Positions 8,099 through 14,574 of a stretch of DNA of 14,574 nucleotides are shown piece after piece. Both the position numbers and the translations under genes were made by a program. This stretch comes from Candidatus Aegiribacteria sp. Lineage in GTDB: Bacteria; Fermentibacterota; Fermentibacteria; Fermentibacterales; JCC-6. The DNA lies in the NCBI GenBank assembly GCA_046498225.1, contig JAWOBF010000077.1:1-14574 (forward strand), written 5' to 3'. Under the pieces are notes generated by a model. It was not told the origin of the DNA. It saw only the letters and a list, made by a program, of their open reading frames with translations, and ran no database searches. The number at the start of each line of letters is the position of its first letter. Position 1 is the stretch's first letter.

Positions 8099-10383
8099 TC
8101 CGCCGCCTCCTCTCTCCAGATCATCCGGTCCAGGATATCGTCGTGCCGGGCCGCCGGGTCCTCCAGGCTGATGTTCCAGCCGTGAGAGGCTACCGAGAAC
8201 TCCCCGGTCACCCTGCCGGCCACCGAGACGAATTCCGGTTTCTCCCGCATGGCCTCCCAGTCTTCCGGGGCTATCTCCAGGAGGTAGCCCGGCGTCTCCG
8301 AGTAGAGGTAGACAGGATCTTCCGCCGGACCCTCCAGATGTACTCCACGCCTGGCATCGGGCCTGGTGGCCATGGACATCTCCGCCGCGGCCATAAGCAG
8401 TCCCCCCTCGGATATGTCATGGGCCGAACGGGAAATCCCTTCCCGGGCGCATTCCAGCACGAACCGCGCCATGGCCCTCTCCAGGTCTCCCCTGAAATCG
8501 GGCACCTTCCCTCCATGATGCCCGAGGCATTCCCTGTAGTACAGGCTTCCTCCCAGCTCGTCCACCCTGTTACCCACCAGTACTATCAGATTGCCCGGCT
8601 CCTTCAGGGAAATGTCGGTGGCCCTGGACGGGTCATCCACCCTGCCGAAGACGGCCACGATGGGGGACGGGGGTATGGCCCCGCCCGAAGAGGACTGGTT
8701 GTAGAAGCTGACATTGCCGGAGACTATCGGAAGGGGCGCCCCCTCATCAACGAGGCCCAGTTTCCCGCAGGCCAGGGCAATTCCCTCCACTCCCTGCCGG
8801 AACTGCCAGAAGACCTCCGGGTCCTCCGGGTTTCCGTAATTCAGACAGTCGGTTGCCGCCAGGGGAACGGCCCCCGACGCCACCACGTTCCTGAAGGCCT
8901 CCCCCACGGCGTGGGCTCCGGCCAGGAACGGGTCCAGCCTTCCGTACCATGGATTGCCGTCTCCGGAGACGGCCAGTCCCGCGGGGCAGCCGGGAACGGG
9001 GAGAGTGACGCAGGCGTCCGCCTCTCCCGGACGGAAGAGGGTGTTTCCCTGGACTTCGCTGTCGTAATAGCTCCAGACCGGACTCCGCCCCGCTCCGTCC
9101 ACTGAATGCAGCATGGTTGCCAGGTCCTTCGGGGGACTGCAGGGTCTGTGCTCCGGTTCCACCACGGTGACAGGGGCCGGCCTGGACTCCCGCCTGTAGA
9201 CCACGCCCTCGGTGATACACGACACCGGGGCGTTGGCCACCTCATCCCCCCTGTGCATCACCCGGTAGGACGGATCGCTGGAGAAGGTTCCTATCAGGGT
9301 GGCTCCGGCTCCGGGGAAGAGACGGGGAAGCTCGTACCTCTCGTTGTATATGGCGATTACCTCCCGGGCCACCCTTTCGGGTATGGCCAGACCGTACCTC
9401 TCCTGGGTTTCCGCGCAGGCTATCACCTCCGACGGAAGGTCCGGAATGGAGACCGGAACCCGGTCCAGCTCCACTACTATTCCCAGACCGCCGTGGGCCG
9501 CCATCTCGCTGGTGACGCAGGCTATTCCCCCCGCGCCCAGGTCCTTGAAACCGAAACTTATGTCCTTATCGAACAGGTACTCCAGCACGGCCGCGTTCGC
9601 CTCTGAGAGAACCCTCTTGAGGAACGGGTCCGCCACCTGCACCGCCCCCTTCTCCGATTCGTCCTCCAGGTCGGACGATGCGAAGGTGGCTCCGCCGAAA
9701 CCGGTATCGTCGGTGGGCTTGCCGGCAAGGACCAGCACGTACTGCTCATCGTGCGCCTCCGGCGGGGCGTAGCTGTGGACTATCCTGTCCCTTCTCACGA
9801 TTCCCAGGGCAACGACGTTCACCAGGCAGTTGTCGTCGTAACCGGGATGGAACCTGGTGTCCCCTCCCAGGTTCGGCACGCCCAGTGCGTTGCCGTACTT
9901 CCATATGCCCTCCACAACACCGCGGCATATGGCCCTGCATCTCTCACCTGACGGACCCAGGGGGTCGCCGAACCGAAGCAGGTCCAGCGAGCCGGTCACC
10001 GTGGCGCCCATGCAGTACACGTCCCGAACTATTCCCCCTATACCGGTGGCGGCCCCCTCCACAGGCAGCACCTGGGAGGGATGGTTATGGCTCTCGTGGG
10101 CCACCACAAGGTCCCATTCAACACCTTCATGTCGGGTGAAAGCCACTATTCCGGCATCCTCTCCGGGACCGAGGACCACCCGGGGGCCGCGGGTCGGCAG
10201 CTGCTTCAGATACTCCCTGGAGCTTTTGTAGGAGCAGTGCTCGCTCCACATCGTGTCGAACAGATGGAATTCCAGCGGAGTGGGCATCCGTCCCACGTAT
10301 CCGGCCAGTTTCTCGGCCTCCTCCGGCTTCATGGCCAGATTTCTTCTCCTTATGGCGTCTTTCAGTTCTTCACTCAGGTCCAT
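8095..10383 (-). CDS. purL: Phosphoribosylformylglycinamidine synthase subunit PurL (small type)
   Basis: WSEHCSYKSS, ESHNHPS, GAATGIGGIVRD, DLGAGG, TDCLNYGNPE, SGNVSFYN, HDISEGGL; 762 aa with no fused glutaminase domain. Confidence 0.97.
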   Translation of the reverse strand: MDLSEELKDAIRRRNLAMKPEEAEKLAGYVGRMPTPLEFHLFDTMWSEHCSYKSSREYLKQLPTRGPRVVLGPGEDAGIVAFTRHEGVEWDLVVAHESHNHPSQVLPVEGAATGIGGIVRDVYCMGATVTGSLDLLRFGDPLGPSGERCRAICRGVVEGIWKYGNALGVPNLGGDTRFHPGYDDNCLVNVVALGIVRRDRIVHSYAPPEAHDEQYVLVLAGKPTDDTGFGGATFASSDLEDESEKGAVQVADPFLKRVLSEANAAVLEYLFDKDISFGFKDLGAGGIACVTSEMAAHGGLGIVVELDRVPVSIPDLPSEVIACAETQERYGLAIPERVAREVIAIYNERYELPRLFPGAGATLIGTFSSDPSYRVMHRGDEVANAPVSCITEGVVYRRESRPAPVTVVEPEHRPCSPPKDLATMLHSVDGAGRSPVWSYYDSEVQGNTLFRPGEADACVTLPVPGCPAGLAVSGDGNPWYGRLDPFLAGAHAVGEAFRNVVASGAVPLAATDCLNYGNPEDPEVFWQFRQGVEGIALACGKLGLVDEGAPLPIVSGNVSFYNQSSSGGAIPPSPIVAVFGRVDDPSRATDISLKEPGNLIVLVGNRVDELGGSLYYRECLGHHGGKVPDFRGDLERAMARFVLECAREGISRSAHDISEGGLLMAAAEMSMATRPDARRGVHLEGPAEDPVYLYSETPGYLLEIAPEDWEAMREKPEFVSVAGRVTGEFSVASHGWNISLEDPAARHDDILDRMIWREEAAE

Positions 10384-10440
10384 TGATGCCTTTCCGGTGG
10401 GGCGAAGTTCGCCGGGACGGAGGCTGCGGTCGGCGGCCGG

Positions 10441-11592
10441 CTAGGTTATGGATGATATGAAAGCTTTGGCGCCAAGGTCCTGGAGCACACTTTCCGCGTC
10501 CTCACTGGCGCCCGCTTCTATGACCCCGTATCTCAGCCGCACCGAGCCCAGGGCTTCCCCGGCGTCGTTCCTGAGGGCCGGCAGCCCATCCATCAGCTTG
10601 TGCATGACGCTTTCCATTCCCCCCTGGTCGGTTCCGGGAAGAAGGAGGGTTATCCTGTCCGAAGCGGTTCGAAGACCGATGTCGATATTCCTCATCTTGG
10701 CCTTCAGGTGGTTGGCCGTCATGGACATGAATTCCCGGGCCCTGAAACGGTCCGCCATGGACCCCTTCTCCACCACCAGTTCCACTACGGCCAGGGGGCT
10801 GTCGAACCTTCTGACCCTTTCCAGCTCCTGGGTCAGCGCCGGAAGCAGTCTGCCCCTTCCGGGCAGCCCGGTGTCCGGGTCCAGGTCCGCCGCCGATTCG
10901 AACCTTCCCAGCAGCCTAATCCCCTCGAGGGCCGCGGCGCCCACCGCGGCTATGGAAACCACCCGCTCCCTGGGAAGCGTGGCGGTTACGGGCACATCGA
11001 GCAGGCAGATGACACCGTACAGGACACCCTGGGACATCATGGGCGCCGCTATGTCGGGAATGAAACCCGGTATGGCGGTCTTCTCAAGCCTGCTCCTGGT
11101 GAGTTCGCTCTCCCTCTCCAGGTTCTTCTTCTCGAAGACCAGACCGGTCTCGGCCACGAATCCGACGTGTCCGTCACCCACGTTCACAACCAGGGGCTGC
11201 CTGAGAACGTCTTTCAGTCCCTCGGAATAGACCAGACCCAGCTTCCCTCCCCGTACGTCCGCCAGGAAGACGGCTATCTTCCCGCATTCGGTGAGCTTCC
11301 TTATGGACCTGGCGAGTAGGTCCGCCAGCTCGTCCGGGGTCCTGGCGGAGAAGACCTGCTTGACGAACTCCGGGAACAGGACCGCCAGGTCCCTGTGCTT
11401 CTTCAGCTCTATGTCGAACCTGGTGTGCCTGGCGTCGGATTCCTGCTGCTGAAGCCGGAGTGAAGTGACGCTGTTCTTCAGATCGCCTATCCGTTCCTCG
11501 TATTCCCCCGCCCTCTTTCTGCTGACGCCCGTCTGTATTATCCACATTATCAGGAGGCCGGCGGCCAGTCCCGCTATCAAACCCTCTATCAT
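10441..11592 (-). CDS. Membrane-anchored coiled-coil/GAF/degenerate GGDEF domain protein
   Basis: N-terminal TM (MIEGLIAGLAAGLLIMWII), coiled coil, GAF features (VGDGHVGFVAETG; AAPMMSQGVLYGVICL), GGDEF entry DPDTGLPGR, ELERVRRFDSPLAVV, RNIDIGLRTASDRITLLLPGT; GGGGAGGG SD. Confidence 0.8.
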   Translation of the reverse strand: MIEGLIAGLAAGLLIMWIIQTGVSRKRAGEYEERIGDLKNSVTSLRLQQQESDARHTRFDIELKKHRDLAVLFPEFVKQVFSARTPDELADLLARSIRKLTECGKIAVFLADVRGGKLGLVYSEGLKDVLRQPLVVNVGDGHVGFVAETGLVFEKKNLERESELTRSRLEKTAIPGFIPDIAAPMMSQGVLYGVICLLDVPVTATLPRERVVSIAAVGAAALEGIRLLGRFESAADLDPDTGLPGRGRLLPALTQELERVRRFDSPLAVVELVVEKGSMADRFRAREFMSMTANHLKAKMRNIDIGLRTASDRITLLLPGTDQGGMESVMHKLMDGLPALRNDAGEALGSVRLRYGVIEAGASEDAESVLQDLGAKAFISSIT

Positions 11593-11611
11593 CTATATCA
11601 CCCTCCCCGGA

Positions 11612-12922
11612 TCATAGTTTTCCGTCATCAAGCAGACCCAGCCTGCCAAGTGTATTATTCTCGTTGCGGAGATGATATTCAAGTGTGCATATCTCCCCTA
11701 TCTCGTCGGCGGTCAAACGTGACAGGATGCCGGGGTCCTCTCCGGCTTCCTCCAGGAAGCTCCTGTTCCGGTCCATGGCCCTCATGGCCACGTTCTGCAC
11801 GACCCCGTAGGCCTCCTCCCGTGTAGCGCCCTTCCGGATGAGCGCCAGGAGCAGGCTCTGGGAATAGAATCTGTCGCCGGCGGACCGGACGATCTCCAGC
11901 GACCTCCGGGGGAAGACCCGCAGACCCTCCACCAGCGCCACCGCCTTTCGCAGCATGTAGAAGGCTATGCCGCAGGCGTCGGGGAAGATGAACCGTTCAG
12001 CGGATGAATGGCTGATATCCCTCTCATGCCACAGGGCGGTGTTCTCCATGGAGGACAGAAGGTACCCCCTGAGCATCCTGGCCAGGCCGCACAGCCTCTC
12101 GCTGACGATGGGATTCCTCTTGTGGGGCATGGCGCTGGAACCCTTCTGGCCCTTGACGAACGGCTCCTCCACCTCTCCCACCTCGGACCTCTGAAGGTGT
12201 CTGATCTCCGTTCCCAGCCTCTCCAGCAGCCCTCCCAGCGAGACCAGGGCGTAGATGAAATCAGCGTGCCTGTCCCTGGCCACCACCTGGGTAGCCACCT
12301 GTTCGTAACCTATACCCAGCCTTCCGCAGACGAACTCCTCCACCGAGGGGTCCAGATGGGCGTAGGTTCCAACCGCCCCGGATATCTTTCCCACGCAGGC
12401 GGACTGCAGGCCGGCTTCCAGCCTCTCCTTCACTCTCAGATGCTCGGAATAGAAGCCGGCGAATTTCAGCCCCATGGTGGTGGGTTCGGCGAACATTCCG
12501 TGGCTGCGTCCCATGCATAGCATGCCCCTGGTCCTTCCCACCAGGTCCTTCAGGGCTTCACCCAGCCTGTCCAGCTCCCCGGAGATCAGGGCCCCGCTGT
12601 CCTTTATCTGGGTGGCAAGGCAGGTGTCCAGAACGTCGCTGGACGTCATTCCGTAGTGCACATGCCTCGATTCCGGTCCCAGGCTCTCGGAAACACTCGT
12701 CAGAAAGGCAATCACGTCGTGCCTCACCGTGCGCTCGATCTCCTCCACGCGCCGGACGTCGAATGATGCATCGGAACGTATCTTCCGGCAATCCTCGAGG
12801 GGCACCAGTCCCGCCTCCGCCCTGGCCTCCACCGCCAGTATCTCTATCTCCAGCCATCGGGAATACCTCGACTCCGTCGTCCATATCTCGGTCATTTCGG
12901 GAACGGAATAGCGCTCTATCAT
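11612..12922 (-). CDS. purB: Adenylosuccinate lyase
   Basis: MIERYS, RHDVIAF, HYGMTSSD, GRSHG, KISGAVG, signature GSSAMPHKRNP, WHERDISHSSAER; 436 aa; GAAGGGG SD. Confidence 0.98.
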   Translation of the reverse strand: MIERYSVPEMTEIWTTESRYSRWLEIEILAVEARAEAGLVPLEDCRKIRSDASFDVRRVEEIERTVRHDVIAFLTSVSESLGPESRHVHYGMTSSDVLDTCLATQIKDSGALISGELDRLGEALKDLVGRTRGMLCMGRSHGMFAEPTTMGLKFAGFYSEHLRVKERLEAGLQSACVGKISGAVGTYAHLDPSVEEFVCGRLGIGYEQVATQVVARDRHADFIYALVSLGGLLERLGTEIRHLQRSEVGEVEEPFVKGQKGSSAMPHKRNPIVSERLCGLARMLRGYLLSSMENTALWHERDISHSSAERFIFPDACGIAFYMLRKAVALVEGLRVFPRRSLEIVRSAGDRFYSQSLLLALIRKGATREEAYGVVQNVAMRAMDRNRSFLEEAGEDPGILSRLTADEIGEICTLEYHLRNENNTLGRLGLLDDGKL

Positions 12923-12966
12923 GGCAGACCCCTTCCAGCGTAGAAGTCACGTCGGTTAACTCCGGT

Positions 12967-12975
12967 AATATATCA
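12967..12975 (-). promoter_or_regulatory. Candidate extended -10 element upstream of purB
   Basis: TGA-TATATT (TGn + TATAAT-like) in an AT-rich patch about 45 nt upstream of the purB ATG; no convincing -35. Confidence 0.4.
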
Positions 12976-13009
12976 AATCACCTGCCGGTACAGAGAAGCG
13001 GGCGCGGTA

Positions 13010-14323
13010 CTACCTGATGTACCCGAGGTCCCGCAGCACCGGCGCGACCTTCCAGTCCTCCAGGAGCACCGGAGAGTACCGGAGCGGGGTCGACCAGTAC
13101 AGCAGAGCCTTCTCCAGCATGGCGGTGTCGGGCTCTACCGGCTCCCGGGCCATGGGGTCGCTCTGCAGGTGGTACATTTCCGTATCATCGGTATCGGCGT
13201 TCCAGATGAGCTGTTTTCCTCTGGACCTCACCGAGACCTGATTGAAATCGGAGCCGGTATTGATTCCGCTGGAGGGAACCGTGCGGACGCCTTCGCCCTT
13301 CAGCATGAAGAGGGACCTGCCGTCCACCGGTTCCGGGGGCGCGATGGAGCAGAGGTCCAGGATGGTGGGAAGTATATCGTGCTGGCCGCACAGCGCGGTG
13401 TTGTCCAGGGAATCCAGCTCCTCCATGCCGGAGAGTATCAGGGGCACTTCGGTTATCTCGGGGTAGAAGGTCCTGCCGTGGCCCACGTAGCCGTGTTCCA
13501 GAAACTCCTCCCCGTGGTCGGCGGTGAGTACCACCAGAATGTCGTTCTCCGTTTCCAGCTCCCTTACCGCCGAGAACAGCAGCCCCAGCTGACGGTCAAC
13601 GTAGGCTATCTCCCCGTCGTAGAGGTTCTTCAGATGGTCCAGCTGACCGGGTCTGGCCACTCCGCCCTCCGGAGTGAACTCCCAGAATACTTCACCCCCG
13701 GCCCCGTTGCTGGTATAAAAGCGGTCGTAGGGCTCCGGCGGGTCGTAGGGGTCGTGCGGGTCGAAGAAGTGCAGCGCCAGGAAGAAGGGTTCTTCCGGAG
13801 GATGCTCCTCCAGCCAGTCTATCGCCGTGACAACCGTGCTGTCCGCCTTTCCGTCGCCGTTCTCCCTGCACTGGAACACATCGAAACCCCGGTGAAAGCC
13901 GAAATCCGCCCCCAGAAAATACACGTTGAAGAAACCGGCGGTAGCGTATCCGTGCTCCTTCATTATCAGGGACAGAACAGGCATTCCGCTGTCCATCCCG
14001 TACACCCTGCCGGTGGGGACGTCGATCCGGGCGCCGTGGGATACGGGGGTGAGACCGCTCATTATGGTGGTCATGGCGGGAAGGGTCCAGGATGACTGGG
14101 AGACGGCATGTTCCATCATGACACCCTCCCGGGCCAGGCTGTCGATGACGGGGGATGTTTCCCTGTGGTACCCGTGGCAGGAAAGATGGTCCGCCCGCAG
14201 GGTATCAATGATTATCAGCACCACCGAGGGCCTGCGCATCTCTCCGGCGCATGAGAACGCCAGGGCCATCAGCACCGGCGCGAACGCGGCGGTCATGAAC
14301 CTGACGGGGGTTCGAATGCTCAC
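13010..14323 (-). CDS. Sulfatase-like hydrolase/transferase (alkaline phosphatase superfamily), probable lipoprotein
   Basis: IIIDTLRADHL, SSWTLPA, HFFDPHDPY, YDGEIAYVD, TADHGEEFLEHG..GH; lipobox-like LAFS-C. Start is probably GTG 14323 (GTGA overlap with upstream stop) or ATG 14296, not 14524. Confidence 0.88.
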   Translation of the reverse strand: MSIRTPVRFMTAAFAPVLMALAFSCAGEMRRPSVVLIIIDTLRADHLSCHGYHRETSPVIDSLAREGVMMEHAVSQSSWTLPAMTTIMSGLTPVSHGARIDVPTGRVYGMDSGMPVLSLIMKEHGYATAGFFNVYFLGADFGFHRGFDVFQCRENGDGKADSTVVTAIDWLEEHPPEEPFFLALHFFDPHDPYDPPEPYDRFYTSNGAGGEVFWEFTPEGGVARPGQLDHLKNLYDGEIAYVDRQLGLLFSAVRELETENDILVVLTADHGEEFLEHGYVGHGRTFYPEITEVPLILSGMEELDSLDNTALCGQHDILPTILDLCSIAPPEPVDGRSLFMLKGEGVRTVPSSGINTGSDFNQVSVRSRGKQLIWNADTDDTEMYHLQSDPMAREPVEPDTAMLEKALLYWSTPLRYSPVLLEDWKVAPVLRDLGYIR

Positions 14324-14574
14324 GGCAGCTCCGTTCCAGTGGTGAGAGGACCGTATATCCAGGCGAACATCGAAATTTCGGGGATGTATACCCTGTACCA
14401 GTCCTCCAGTCCCCCGGTGACCTGCAGCGTATCGTCGCGGGACACCTGTCCCACCACTTCGTATATCGTGCCGGGCCCGGAGCGAAGGTTCACCACGCTG
14501 CCGGTGACGGTCACCGTGTTCCATACGGAGGCATGCTCCGGTATGGGCGGTTCCTCGGTCACAACCGTATCACC
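14320..14574 (-). CDS. C-terminal part of a bacterial SH3 domain protein (5' end outside window)
   Basis: VTGSVVNLRSGPGTIYEVVGQV...LQVTG...DWYRV...AWIY is a typical SH3b/SH3_3 pattern; frame is open to the right edge. Confidence 0.85.
   Translation of the reverse strand, partial: GDTVVTEEPPIPEHASVWNTVTVTGSVVNLRSGPGTIYEVVGQVSRDDTLQVTGGLEDWYRVYIPEISMFAWIYGPLTTGTELP

Noticed and set aside
10384..10440. GGCGA/TCGCC inverted repeat between the GGDEF gene and purL as a terminator or riboswitch
   Set aside because: Only a 5-bp stem, no U-tract, and the gap is too short for a known aptamer.
12923..13009. Purine or ZMP/ZTP riboswitch upstream of purB (CUUCUAC resembles the purine riboswitch junction)
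   Set aside because: No P2/P3 stems or loop-loop motifs, no ZTP consensus, and too little space after the candidate -10.
3..14345. Numerous long plus-strand ORFs (e.g. 2914-3876, 4892-5812, 7181-8185, 8143-9105, 13169-14095) and alternate-frame minus ORFs
   Set aside because: They lie antisense to or out of frame with well-supported genes and have no recognisable motifs. Such shadow ORFs are expected in GC-rich DNA.
14324..14524. N-terminal extension of the sulfatase-like ORF to 14524
   Set aside because: It overlaps the SH3 gene in another frame and would bury the signal peptide; GTG 14323 or ATG 14296 fits better.
1..14574. CRISPR arrays, tRNA/rRNA, IS elements, integrases or defence systems
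   Set aside because: No periodic repeats, RNA gene signatures, transposase/recombinase motifs or abrupt compositional shift seen; nearly all sequence is explained by contiguous CDSs.

Overview
GC-rich bacterial chromosomal segment of mostly housekeeping genes. All credible genes lie on the minus strand and are tightly packed, many with overlapping stop/start codons. In transcription order (right to left): partial SH3-domain protein; sulfatase-like lipoprotein; purB; membrane-anchored GAF + degenerate GGDEF protein; purL; purQ; double-length PurS-like protein; TIGR03960-type radical SAM fused to a TIGR03936/DUF2344 domain; RNase E/G; rplU; folD; DUF948-like membrane protein; DUF4837-like lipoprotein; and the start of another CDS at the left edge. 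I see no mobile element, CRISPR array, tRNA or rRNA, and no clearly new multi-gene system. The most unusual points are (i) an apparently tandem-duplicated single-chain PurS in a purL-purQ-purS order, (ii) a probably inactive GGDEF protein that keeps its RxxD c-di-GMP site and sits between purB and purL, (iii) rplU separated from rpmA/obgE and followed by folD, and (iv) a sulfatase-fold lipoprotein lacking the formylglycine motif. The DUF4837-like gene loosely hints at an FCB-group organism (inference only). Family assignments are by motif recognition, not database search.
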